Shown: positions 43,297 through 55,274 of the stretch, piece after piece
How the letters are laid out: each line of letters opens with the position of its first letter
Numbering within the stretch: the first letter of the stretch is position 1
DNA from: Eledone cirrhosa
Taxonomy: Eukaryota
DNA length: 64,000 nt
Direction: 5' to 3'
NCBI GenBank assembly: GCA_964016885.1
Contig: OZ024741.1
Coordinates: 169,694,001 to 169,758,000, forward strand
Program-made: the position numbers and the translations under genes
The notes under the pieces: generated by a model
What the model saw: the letters and a program-made list of their open reading frames with translations, nothing else
What the model was told of the DNA's origin: nothing
Databases searched by the model: none

Positions 43297-44232
43297 CTAG
43301 CAGTAAAGCCCGGCGTTGCTCGGGGTCGCTCAGTAGCTGTGTTAAAGTTACAATGTTAAGTTTCTTTTTTGGCTTAAAAACTGTAGTGTCTACTGTGCAG
43401 ACTTGCATGTGGTGTTTTTGATTAATATTCCCTCAACCAACAATATGCCTTATGAAGTTAAGAAAACATAACGATAACCCCAATGTTATAACAAAAGAGG
43501 ATGCTGGGGATAAAAACTGCACTGGTTATTTATTAACAAAGATCGAAAATGTAAACACTGCAACGCAGAGAAAAACATTAGCGTAACCAAATTATCAGTT
43601 ATGTCTGTCTGCACGCCTATATCACCTCTCTGCACGACTGTCTGTCTGCACGCCTATATCACCTCACTGCACGACTGTCTGTCTGCACGCCTATATCACC
43701 TCTCTGCACGACTGTCTGTCTGCACGCCTATATCACCTCTCTGCACGACTATCTGTCTGCACGCGTATATCACCTCTCTGCACGACTGTCTGTCTGCACG
43801 CCTAACGACGAAATATTTGCTTGTTTTACGTAGTCTTTAAATAGACTTGTTTTCAAGTAAAAATATTGTTTTAAAATGCTTTTAAATGGAAATGAAGCAA
43901 AACGGAAGCTTAGTGTTCGAACTGATGAATTTTGCAGGTCAATATTTTGCTGGCTCGACAACTGTTAAAGCCAGCGTAATTTTTTACGTAAGACGCTCAA
44001 TGTAAACAGAACAAAGGGAAATAACTGATAACTTACGCTCAAAAATCGATACATTATATTCGATTTCGTCACATAGGCTGGGTCAATTTGAAATATTCTT
44101 TTTTCCGATGTCTTCGCTAGGGCTCAATGTACAAGTATAGCAATTTCGGTGCAATTCCGTGAGAGATTCTAAGAGGAGATGTGTGCCAAAAATCGATAGA
44201 CAGACAGACAACCACAGTTTTATATATATAGA
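43297..44232 (-). mobile_element. Non-autonomous Helitron (family 1) with an internal 37-bp minisatellite
   Basis: 5' TC, 3' hairpin CCCGAGCAACGCCGGG plus CTAG, A|T insertion without TSD. The 37-bp unit occurs about 5.4 times at 43602-43803. Confidence 0.9.
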
Positions 44233-44242
44233 TTATAAATTT

Positions 44243-44297
44243 ACTGCTATATATATTTCGGTGACAACTTTTATTGGTTGTGAACTCTTCAGGCAGT
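44243..44297 (-). ncRNA. Type I hammerhead ribozyme (intact core)
   Basis: ACTGC-CTGAAGA-GTTCACAAC(CAATAAAA)GTTGTCACC-GAAATATATATA|GCAGT. Confidence 0.75.
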
Positions 44298-44369
44298 CTG
44301 AATTGGACATATCAATGTATTGACACTTCTTCAACAACATGTGTACCTGTCTTTTCCACACCAATTCGG

Positions 44370-44424
44370 ACTGCCTGGAGAGGTCACAGCCTATAATAGC
44401 TGTCACCGAAATATATATAGCAGT
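44370..44424 (+). ncRNA. Mirror hammerhead copy with a core mutation (CTGGAGA)
   Basis: ACTGC-CTGGAGA-GGTCACAGC(CTATAATA)GCTGTCACC-GAAATATATATA|GCAGT. Confidence 0.6.
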
Positions 44425-44507
44425 AAATTTATAATTTAATAATAAACGAAGCCAAATTTTACATGTTTGACTTACTTATTTTATTTTATATATATATATA
44501 TACATAT

Positions 44508-44572
<65 letters not shown>

Positions 44573-44633
44573 CGGCAGTTTCATAATAATTATTTTAACA
44601 TTGTGATCGGTGTTGTACAAATGATGAAATAAT

Positions 44634-44820
44634 TGTTTCTACTTTTGGCACAAGGCCTCCAATTACCCAGTGCATTACTGGTACTTTATTTTATCGACCC
44701 TGTAAGGCTGAAAGGCAAAGTTAACCTCGGCGGGATTTGAACTCAGAATGGCAAGAGCCGTAACTCTATGCATCAAAGCATGGCGTCCGACCCTCTACCG
44801 ATACTGCCAATCCACCGCCC
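44634..44820 (-). mobile_element. Full-length SINE with 13-bp TSD
   Basis: TSD ATGATGAAATAAT at 44621-44633 and 44832-44844. Confidence 0.9.
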
Positions 44821-44978
44821 CTTAGGCGGTGATGATGAAATAATAAATACAATATATTGCCTTTCATCCTCCGGGATCGTTAAAATAAAGCATCAAACCA
44901 GAGCGCTGAATTAGTGGATATGTTACCACCTCGTAGGTCCTACGACGAAGGAGATGCTTTATGGTTTTTGATCCAGCT

Positions 44979-45881
44979 CTTTGAGTTCTGAATATAAATC
45001 CCGTTGTGGTAGACTTAATCCGTTGCCTAGTGGTGCTTTAGCGGAAACCACCCTTTGAGTTCTGAATATAAATCCCGTTGTGGTAGACTTAATACGTTGC
45101 CTAGTGGTGCTTTAGCGGAAACCACCCTTTGAGTTCTGAATATAAATCCCGTTGTGGTAGACTTAATACGTTGCCTAGTGGTGCTTTAGCGGAAACCACC
45201 CTTTGAGTTCTGAATATAAATCCCGTTGTGGTAGACTTAATACGTTGCCTAGTGGTGCTTTAGCGGAAACCACCCTTTGAGTTCTGAATATAAATCCCGT
45301 TGTGGTAGACTTAATACGTTGCCTAGTGGTGCTTTAGCGGAAACCACCCTTTGAGTTCTGAATATAAATCCCGTTGTGGTAGACTTAATCCATTGCCTAG
45401 TGGTGCTTTAGCGGAAACCACCCTTTGAGTTCTGAATATAAATCCCGTTGTGGTAGACTTAATACGTTGCCTAGTGGTGCTTTAGCGGAAACCACCCTTT
45501 GAGTTCTGAATATAAATCCCGTTGTGGTAGACTTAATCCATTGCCTAGTGGTGCTTTAGCGGAAACCACCCTTTGAGTTCTGAATATAAATCTCGTTGTG
45601 GTAGACTTAATACGTTGCCTAGTGGTGCTTTAGCGGAAACCACCTTTTGAGTTCTGCATATAAATCCCGTTGTGGTAGACTTAATCCGTTGCCTAGTGGT
45701 GCTTTAGCGGAAACCACCCTTTGAGTTCTGAATATAAATCCTGTTGTGGTAGACTTATCGTTTGCTTAGTGGCCCTTTAGCGGAAACCACCTTTTGCGTT
45801 CTAAATATAAATCCCGTTGTGGTGGACTTAATTTGTTGCCTCGTTTCACACCACCACCTGGCCCTTTAGCGGAAACCACCC
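44979..45881. repeat. 74-bp tandem repeat, about 12 copies
   Basis: TTGAGTTCTGAATATAAATCCCG recurs at 44981, 45055 and onward. The last copies are degenerate. Confidence 0.95.
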
Positions 45882-46740
45882 TATATCAATGATTCGGGCC
45901 GGATGTTTGTAGATATCTCCCACCTTCCCCACCATTAGTCCCGAAGGACATGAAAGAGGTTATGAACTCTACTTTTCCCTGTCTGACTAAACAGTTAAAA
46001 AATAACAAACGAACATTAGATTTCAACTACAAGCCTTCTACGAGCCTGTACACAGTCGTTGCTACCACGATTCCAATGATCTTTCGCAGATAGAGGCTAG
46101 TCTCTTGAATTCAGAAAATAAAAGAACATAACTAAATACTGCATGGCCTATTTTGTGACCGATGATTTACTGATTCTACCATAGATGTCTCTAAATAACA
46201 TAAATATAATAAGGATTTTTGTGGGTACAAAATCATACATTTCGAGTGAGGCAATAGCATTTCATTAGCAATTTTTTTAATCTATTTTAAAAGACGAAAA
46301 CTAAAGTTGACTGTTGCAGGATTTAAACACAACATTTAAGGTGACGTAACAACATACCGCAAGGCAATTTGAATGGCTTAGCTCCGATTCTGCTCCATCA
46401 TTGAAAAAGGAAGAATTTTAGCATAGCCACAAGGTCAATACATTTTGGAAGGAGAGTTATATAAGTGGATTGAACTAAATTAGTATTACACTAGTAGTTT
46501 TCACCTTTCTCACTGTTTACTTATTTGTACACAAAAACCTTGTTCTTTTATTAGTTTTATATTTTATATTGATAGGCTCAGTGGTTAAGAAGTTCACTTC
46601 GCGACCAAATGGTTTCGGGTTCGTCAGATGTTTTGTATTTGTAATTCAAATGACCAGTTTTGTTAAATGTTACATTCTCCCGGTTCTACTTGGGGATTAC
46701 ATAAAAATTACACATGTCTATAGAATACTTACATAATACA

Positions 46741-46925
46741 ATTGTTTCTACTTTTGGCACAAGGCAGCAATTATCCCAATGCATTACTGGTACTTTATTT
46801 TTCCGACCTCGTCAGGATGACAGGCAAAGTTAACTTCGGCGGGATTAGAGCTCAGACCGTAAAGGGATGTAACTGTATGCTACAAAGCATGGCGTCCGAC
46901 CCTCTACCGATACTGACAATCCAAA
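46741..46925 (-). mobile_element. SINE copy
   Basis: ATTGTTTCTACTTTTGGCACAAGG...GATACTGACAATCCA. Confidence 0.85.
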
Positions 46926-47194
46926 GACACTGCCTATAATTTACAAATAATTTTGAAACTAATCAATAATTTGGATGGACTTAGTAAAATAACTGACTTG
47001 CTCATTATTTAGTTAGTGTTTCGGGCCAAATTTAAGACAAATCTAAAGACTTTAAAACAAAACTATTGCGTATTATAGAACCAGGGGTGATTGGGGGCAG
47101 TTGTGAATCAAAAGGGACAATGAGTAGTCAGTGGCAGTTCATTTGATCGAATGACCGAATGGCCGTTATCGAACTCGAAACCAACAATAAATCC

Positions 47195-48066
47195 ATCATG
47201 ATCATAATCATCGTCCTCGTCGTCGTAGTCATCATCATCATCATCGTCATCATCATCATCATCATCATCGTCATCATCATCGGCGTCATCACCACCACCA
47301 TTATCACCACCACCACCACCACCATCACCATCATCACCACCTCCACCATCACCATCATCACCACCAGCACCACCACCATCATCACCACCACCACCACCAT
47401 TACCATCATCACCACCACCACCACCATCACCATCATCACCACCACCACCATCACCACCATCACCACCACCACCATCACCACCACCACCACCACCACCATC
47501 ATCACCACCACCACTACCATCATCACCACCACCATCATCACCACCATCACCACCACCATCATCACCACCACCACTACCATCATCACCACCACCACCATCA
47601 CCACCACCACCAACATCACCACCACCACCACCATCATCACCACCATCACCACCACCATCATCACCACCACGACCATCATCACCACCACCACCACCACCAT
47701 CACCACCACCACCACCACCACCATCATCACCATCACCACCACCATCATCACCACCACCACCACCACCACCATCACCACCATCACCACCATCATCACCACC
47801 GGCACCACCACCATCATCACCACCACCACCGTCACCACCACCACCACCACCACCACCACCACCATCACCACCACCATCATCACCACCACCACCATCACCA
47901 CCACCACCACCACCATCATCACCACCACCATCATCACCACCATCATCACCACCACCACCACCATCATCACCACCACCACCACCACAACCACCACTATCTT
48001 CATCACCATCACCACCACCACCATTACCATCACCACCACCACCACCACCACCACCACCACCACCAT
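47195..48066. repeat. (CAC/CAT)n trinucleotide repeat
   Basis: Seen directly in the sequence. Confidence 0.95.
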
Positions 48067-48209
48067 AAATACATTCTTTCAAACAGCACTCATTGTTTAC
48101 ATTGCTGTCTTTTTATCTTGACATTAATATGTTGTCTCAAAATATTTATCTTCACTAATAAGTTCCCTTGTCATTTGTGTAACTGTCACCAGCAGACCTC
48201 TAATGTACT

Positions 48210-48218
48210 ACACAGACA

Positions 48219-48255
<37 letters not shown>

Positions 48256-48257
48256 AG

Positions 48258-48340
<83 letters not shown>

Positions 48341-48653
48341 GACACAAACACACACACACACAGACAGACAGACAGGCACACACACACACACATACATACA
48401 GACACACACACACACACACACAGACACACACACACACACACACACACAGAGACAGACAGGCACACACACAGACACACACACACAAACACACAGACACACA
48501 TACATACAGACACACACACACACACATATATACAGACACACACAGACATACAGACACACAGACAGACATACATACATACAGACACACACACACACACACA
48601 GACACAGACAGACAGACACACACACAGACACACACACACAGACACACAGACAC

Positions 48654-48684
<31 letters not shown>

Positions 48685-49037
48685 GACACACAGACACACA
48701 TACATACAGACACACACACACAGACAGACATACACAGACACACATACACAGACAGACATACATACACACAGACACACATACATACATACACACACACACA
48801 CACAGACACACACACACACACACACACACAGACAGACACACACACACACACAGACAGACAGACAGACAGACAGGCACACACACAGACACACACACATACA
48901 GACACACACACACATACATACAGACACACACAGACATACAGACACACAGACAGACAGACATACAGACACACACACACACACACACACACAGACAGACAGA
49001 CACACACACAGACACACACACACAGACACACAGACAC

Positions 49038-49069
<32 letters not shown>

Positions 49070-49440
49070 ACATACAGACACACACACACACAGACACAGA
49101 CAGACATACACAGACACACATACACAGACAGACATACATACACACAGACACACATACATATAGACACACACACACACACATACACACACACACAGACACA
49201 CATACATACAGACACACACACACACACACACAGACAGACATACATACACACATACATACACACAGACACACATACAGACACATACAGACAAACACACAGA
49301 CATACACACACATACAGACACATACATACATACACACAGACACACATACATACAGACACACAGACAGACACATACATACAGTGACACACACATACACACA
49401 CACGCATGCAAACATACACACACATGCACGCATACACACA
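48210..49440. repeat. (CA)n/(CAGA)n/(CATA)n compound repeat
   Basis: Seen directly in the sequence. Confidence 0.95.
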
Positions 49441-49779
49441 CGTGATTAAATACCAGTCTCGGGCGGTAGGTTGGCGGAATTATTAAAGCTTCGGACAAAT
49501 TATTTTACGATATCTGTTCCATCTGTTTGTGTTTTGGTGTCATAACTTACAACAACACAGGTATCAAACTGCATTCGCCGTGCCTTTCCATTAGACCAGA
49601 GGTTCTCAAACTTTTTGGGGCCACCGCTTTCCCTCCTCACGACCACGTAATACCCCCAGCGCCCCCGACCCTGTTTCCAAAGGGACCTGCCTACACACAA
49701 ATTGTAAATAATATCGACAGTCGATCGATTTTCGTCAAATCGGACCGAGGAAACAATGTTTTCGTTGGTGTTTCCAATT

Positions 49780-50168
49780 GCTAATACTATCTATCGGTCG
49801 GAACTCCAGGTAGAAGGAGGAACGTGAAATAAAGTGTCTTGCTGAAGGACATAACGCATCACCACTTGCTGAAGGACATAATGCACCACCAACGTCACGA
49901 ATCCAATTCTCTAACCACTCAGCCATTCGCCTTCACGTAAATAATTGTTTCTACTCTAGGCTCAAGGCCAGCAAATTTTTTAAGGGGAGGGGAAAGTCGA
50001 TTAAATCATCGACCCCAGTACGTTACTGGTGCTTTATTTTATCGACCCCGTAAGGATGAAAGGCATAGTTAACCTCGGCTGAATTTGAACTCACACCGTA
50101 AAGGACAGTACCTCCATGCTGCAACGCATGGTGTCTGACTCTCTACTGATACTGCCAATCCACCGCCC
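49780..50168 (-). mobile_element. CORE-like SINE (about 49780-49935) and Meta-like SINE (49942-50168)
   Basis: First: AAAGTGTCTTGCTGAAGGACATAAC..CTAACCACTCAGCCA. Second: TTGTTTCTAC...GCCAATCCACCGCCC. Confidence 0.75.
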
Positions 50169-50267
50169 TTTATAAATAATATAATATATACTACGTATAA
50201 ATAAATATTTTATATTTATATTTTACTATATTTATGCATCATTTGATATTTAATATACTATTATATC

Positions 50268-53066
50268 ATGTACAGGGTAAATGCAAGAATCATTAAACTC
50301 AGACTAGTCCTGAATAAGACAATTACCACAATAATATCAGCTTACGCACCCCAATCGGGGCTGCCAGACGAACTTAAGGATAGGTTTTACGAGTCCCTAA
50401 TACACACTACTGCTCTAACAGACGACAAGGACTTCCTAATCATTGCAGGAGATTTTAACGGACACGTAGGTAAACACTGCGACGGCTTCAATAGAGTACA
50501 TGGAGGCCATGGAGTTGGCACAAGGAATGAGGAAGGATTCAGACTTCTAGAATTCTGCGACGCCAATGACATGTCGATATGTAACACAAACTTTAAAAAA
50601 CCCGACAACCACCTGATCACCTATAGATCAGGGGAGCACTCTAGTCAGTTAGATTTTATCCTCATCAGAGGACGTGACAGATGGACGGTCGTAAACGCAA
50701 AAGCCTTCCCTAGTGAGGAATGTACATCCCAACATAGCTTAGTTGTCAGCGACCTCACGGTCAGAACTAGACGAGCCCTGAAACAGAGGCCAACCTGGAG
50801 AAGAAAGATCTGGAAGCTGAAAGTCCCCTCAACCAGTAACAGATTTAAAGATATTTTACTCAACGCCTACGACAGTAAAGAAGAACAGATAGAGACATTT
50901 AACGTAGAAGAGAACTGGGAGTTCCTAAAAAATAACTTACTAGAGGCGACGGATGAGGTTTGTGGCTGGAGTAAGACCTCAAGCAGGAGGAGAGTGACTT
51001 GGTGGTGGAACAATAAGGTAGATGAAGCAGTCAAGGCCAAGAGACAGGCATGGAAAGAATGGAAGAACGGGGGGAGCAGGGTACATTACATAGAGACCAA
51101 GAGGGAAGCTAGGCGACAAGTATACTTAGCTAGGAGGGAAGCAGAGGATAGAAAATTCAAGCATGTTTTACAACGTGAGGACCAGAAACAGGAGGTATTC
51201 AAGATTGCGAGGCAGTGTGTCAGAGATAGTTGTGATGTCATTGGAGAGAAGTGTATCCGGAATGATAAAGGTGAGCTTGCCCTCACAAGTGCTGAGAAGA
51301 AAGATGCATGGAAGAGTCATTATGATAGATTACTAAATGAGGAGAATGCATGGGAAGAAGAGACCCTACCCCACGTAGACCCTATAGAGGGACCAGCAGT
51401 ACAAGTCAGCGGCAGCGTAGTAAGTAAGGCAATCAGAGATATGAAGATAGGGAAGGCAACCGGTCCATCGGGTATAGCTGCCGAGATGCTGAAGGCATCT
51501 GGGTCTGTAGGTCACACTATAACCACACGTATCGTTAACCAGGTAATACTAGAGGGGGCCATACCAAAAGATTGGTGCAGTAGCATCATTGTCAACTGCT
51601 ACAAAGGTAAAGGCGATGCACTAGATAGAGGAAACTATAGAGGTATAAAGTTGATGGACCAGGTCATGAAAGTAACAGAAAGAGTTATAGCACAGCTGAT
51701 TAGGGACCGGGTGAATATAGACGAGATGCAATTTGGGTTTGTACCAGGGAAAGGCACCACTGATGCGCTCTTCCTTGTGAGGCAATTACAGGAAAAGTAC
51801 CTAGCTAAAAGTAAGCCACTCTACTTGGCATTTGTCGACCTTGAGAAAGCCTTTGACAGAGTTCCACGTGCAGTAATCTGGTGGGCTCTTAGAAAACTAG
51901 GAGTAGATGAATGGCTTGTGAAAGCGGTACAAGCCATGTATAGGGGAGCAGTCAGCAAAGTTAGGATTGGCAATGAGTATAGCGAGGAATTTAGCGTACA
52001 GGTTGGGGTCCACCAGGGCTCTGTTCTTAGCCCTCTCCTGTTCATCATAGTCCTGCAGGCAATAACGGAGGAGTTTAAGACCGGATGCCCATGGGAACTC
52101 CTGTATGCTGATGACCTCGCACTCATAGCTGAATCTATGGTAGAACTAGAGAATAAATTCCAAACCTGGAAGCAGGGACTAGAGAGAAAGGGCCTCAAAG
52201 TCAACATGACAAAGACTAAGGTCCTTATAAGTAGACGAGAAAACAGAACCCAGATCCCCTCAGGGAAATGGCCTTGCTCAGTATGTAGGAAAGGTGTAGG
52301 TAGGAACTCCATTCTTTGCCCCAAATGCAAACAATGGGTACACAAGAGATGTAGCGGGATCTCAGGAAGCTTAATTAAGAATGTAGGATTCACATGCAGC
52401 AGCTGTGCTGAAACAGCAAGCAAACAGCCACAGGAAACAAGTACCACCAATCTCTGGGAGGGCCCTGTAGAAACAGTAGACAGCTTCTGCTACCTAGGTG
52501 ACCGAATTAGCAACGGAGGTGGGTGCTCAGAAAGTACAATAACTAGGGTAAGAACGGGATGGAAGAAGTTTAGGGAACTACTACCACTGCTAGCTGCAAA
52601 AGGCTTCTCCCTCAGAATGAAAGGCAGACTGTATGATGCGTGTATCCGAACAGCGATGTTGCATGGTAGTGAGACCTGGGCGCTGAAGGTGGAAGACTTA
52701 CGTAGATTAGAGAGAAACGAAGCCTGCATGCTCCGATGGATGTGTAACAGTAATATACGTGAACGACAAAGCATAAATGAATTGAGAGAGAGACTGAGCA
52801 TAAGAGGAATCAAATGCTGCGTGCAGGAGAGGCGGTTACGCTGGTATGGACATGTGATGCGTATGAAGGATGACAGCTGCATAAAAAGGTGCAGAGCACT
52901 AGAAGTTGATGGAAACCGCGGAGTGGGGAGACCCAAGATGACTTGGGATGAGGTGATAAAAGCCGACCTTACCCAACTACACCTCTCAAAGTCAATGACA
53001 CACGACCGTGACTTCTGGCGTCACGCAGTAATACAGGGTACCCGACCTCCCATGGGTACATGCTGA
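50268..53066 (+). CDS. RTE-clade LINE ORF (partial AP endonuclease, RT, internal PHD-like finger), 932 aa without stops
   Basis: Endonuclease motifs SAYAPQ, GDFNGHVG, LDFIL and SQH. RT motifs YRGIKL, QFGF, FVDLEKAFD, GVHQGSVLSPLLF, YADD and YLG. C-terminal LRWYGHV..GRP..TW. Confidence 0.95.
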   Translation: MYRVNARIIKLRLVLNKTITTIISAYAPQSGLPDELKDRFYESLIHTTALTDDKDFLIIAGDFNGHVGKHCDGFNRVHGGHGVGTRNEEGFRLLEFCDANDMSICNTNFKKPDNHLITYRSGEHSSQLDFILIRGRDRWTVVNAKAFPSEECTSQHSLVVSDLTVRTRRALKQRPTWRRKIWKLKVPSTSNRFKDILLNAYDSKEEQIETFNVEENWEFLKNNLLEATDEVCGWSKTSSRRRVTWWWNNKVDEAVKAKRQAWKEWKNGGSRVHYIETKREARRQVYLARREAEDRKFKHVLQREDQKQEVFKIARQCVRDSCDVIGEKCIRNDKGELALTSAEKKDAWKSHYDRLLNEENAWEEETLPHVDPIEGPAVQVSGSVVSKAIRDMKIGKATGPSGIAAEMLKASGSVGHTITTRIVNQVILEGAIPKDWCSSIIVNCYKGKGDALDRGNYRGIKLMDQVMKVTERVIAQLIRDRVNIDEMQFGFVPGKGTTDALFLVRQLQEKYLAKSKPLYLAFVDLEKAFDRVPRAVIWWALRKLGVDEWLVKAVQAMYRGAVSKVRIGNEYSEEFSVQVGVHQGSVLSPLLFIIVLQAITEEFKTGCPWELLYADDLALIAESMVELENKFQTWKQGLERKGLKVNMTKTKVLISRRENRTQIPSGKWPCSVCRKGVGRNSILCPKCKQWVHKRCSGISGSLIKNVGFTCSSCAETASKQPQETSTTNLWEGPVETVDSFCYLGDRISNGGGCSESTITRVRTGWKKFRELLPLLAAKGFSLRMKGRLYDACIRTAMLHGSETWALKVEDLRRLERNEACMLRWMCNSNIRERQSINELRERLSIRGIKCCVQERRLRWYGHVMRMKDDSCIKRCRALEVDGNRGVGRPKMTWDEVIKADLTQLHLSKSMTHDRDFWRHAVIQGTRPPMGTC

Positions 53067-53364
53067 AGCATATAAACAATATGCCCCCCCCCCCCACCGC
53101 AAGGTGGTCGTGGAGGTGCCACGGCAAAAAAGCACCCAGCCCACACTGTAAAGTGGACGTGTAGGCGCCACGAAAAAGCACCCAGCACTCACTGTAAATG
53201 AGGTTGGTGTTAGGAAGGGCATCCAGCTGTAGAAATCAAGCCAGATCAGTTCCTGTATGAGCAAGGCATGGTCAGCCGACCAGACACTGCCCACAACAGG
53301 ACAACCCGTCTAACCCATGCTAGCGTGGAAGAACGGACGTAAAACGGTGATGATGATGATGATG
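50272..53364 (+). mobile_element. Young 5'-truncated RTE LINE with (GAT)n tail
   Basis: The 3' UTR contains AGGAAGGGCATCCAGC and ends in (TGA)n. Probable TSD ATCATGT at 50265-50271 and 53365-53371. Confidence 0.9.
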
Positions 53365-53690
53365 ATCATGTCTACCACTCCCTAGGCTCCAGCGCCCTTT
53401 GCACCTTTTGAACGCCTCCCGGGGGTGGTAGTGCCCACTTTGAGAACCTCTGCCTTAGATAATGCATGAAGTGGGAAGCAGAGAGACTTGCATGCATGAG
53501 TAACTGATGGTATTCCTTAAAACAATTCGTTTAGGACTGCACCTAGAAGGGGGACTGTCTACGTGCAGATATACTAATATACTCCCATGCTTTTAAGTTT
53601 CAGCTATTGCATCTGAGATATATGTTTATTATACTTGTCTCTCTCTCCTGCTAATTGTCTCTTGTAATCCAACGACAGCACTGCGTACAG

Positions 53691-53764
53691 CTATTTTACC
53701 AAGTTACCCAACGAATCTATTTTACCAAGTTACCCAACGAATCTATTTTACCAAGTTACCCAAC
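53691..53764. repeat. 26-bp tandem repeat, 3 copies
   Basis: Unit CTATTTTACCAAGTTACCCAACGAAT. Confidence 0.9.
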
Positions 53765-53919
53765 CATTGTTCTGTCTTTTATTTTTCTAACAGTTGCTGC
53801 GATGACTTTTCTAGTACGTTGCAGTTATCTTTCTTAAAATACTGAAAACAGAAATACCCTTTAGTTGTTTGCGCCTAGAACGGATCGGATACTGTTTGTT
53901 TGTTCCGTTTATATCGCTC

Positions 53920-54720
53920 ATAGTGGCCCTTAGCAATAGGTAATATTCCGAAAGTTAAAATGTTGCTGCTCCCATCTCTTTTAATCAACAAAATCATGGG
54001 GTTTGCAAAATTTTACTTCAATCGGACAACTAGTAGCCGATCCTCAAACGCCTTGAAGTTGGAACATAGTATACGCAAAGATTAATTCTGTTCAAAAGCG
54101 GTATACTGTTCCCTATCTCGACCATTTTCTTTTTTCTTCTTAGAGAAATTTATGTGGACATATCCAGACAACCCCAGCAAATGTTTAAAAACGTTGTGAA
54201 TCAAATTTACCAATAATTAATTTAAAAAATTCCTGAAATAACATGAAAAACTTAAGAAATATTAGGTTTTCTTAATAAAGCACACAATTTCTATAAGAGA
54301 AACGCATTTTTATTTACAACAATAATTTCTATTGAATCAAAAACATAATGTGAACACTGAATATTGAACAGTATTTTTGCATCAGAGAGGATTTAGTGGC
54401 AGTTGGGTATGTTATACGATGTTCGATAACGATCTGTAAAACAAATTGTTTCTCAGTTTCATCTTTTGTGAGAATGTAATTGTAATCCTGAATGAGTTTG
54501 ACACCTCTTTCTGCAACAAATGTCTTCTCAAGTTTTTCAAGTCCACTTTTGTAACCAGGGTCATACTTCCATGTTGAAGGGTCTTTGTCGAGGAAATCGG
54601 TGCTGATAGAAAATCCCGTGAAGAAAATATTTTTGTATCAGGAGTAACAAAAGACGAAAACTCGATGTTTGTAAAGGAAGAAAAGTCATTTTGGTGCAGA
54701 ATGTACCTCTTCAGTTGACT
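53920..54720 (-). mobile_element. DNA transposon 3' fragment, probably a hATm-type transposase C-terminus
   Basis: A frame not in the ORF track reads TDFLDKDPSTWKYDPGYK...AERGVKLIQDYNYILTKDETEKQFVLQIVIEHRITYP. The subterminal motif GAAAGTTAAAAT.TTGCTGCTCCCA at 53951 recurs at 57241. Confidence 0.7.
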
Positions 54721-54990
54721 TTTTTCTTCTTCCTCTTCTTCACCTTTGTTTGCTTCCAGCCTAACTTGAGCAATATTTGCCTTAACCTCTCCTTGCTCTC
54801 CTTGCTCTTCTTTTCTCATTGCTCTCCTTTCTCTCCTTGCTCTCCTTGCTCTCCTGTTTTCATTGCTCTCCCTTTCTCCTTGGTCTCCTTGGTCTCCTTT
54901 TCTCCTTGTATTTATGTACTTGTTTATATACAAATACAATGAGAAAAGGGGACCAAGAAGAAATATGAAAGCAAGGATAGTAAGGAGAGA

Positions 54991-55066
<76 letters not shown>

Positions 55067-55124
55067 AATATATATATATATATATAATATATATATATAT
55101 AATATATATATATATATATAATAT

Positions 55125-55156
<32 letters not shown>

Positions 55157-55177
55157 ATATATATATATATAATATAT

Positions 55178-55209
<32 letters not shown>

Positions 55210-55241
55210 ATATATATATATATATAATATATATATAATAT

Positions 55242-55273
<32 letters not shown>

Positions 55274-55274
55274 A

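Larger units (their letters stand above)
43170..44481. mobile_element. PLE-derived fold-back element split by a Helitron
   Basis: The left arm (43251-43296 plus 44233-44306) is the reverse complement of the right arm (44361-44481). The leader carries a GAGCACTCGA motif. Confidence 0.8.
49597..53452. mobile_element. Non-autonomous hAT element containing two SINEs and an RTE LINE
   Basis: TIRs CAGAGGTTCTCAAA and TTTGAGAACCTCTG. The flanks CATTAGAC and CCTTAGAT match at 6 of 8 positions. Confidence 0.8.
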
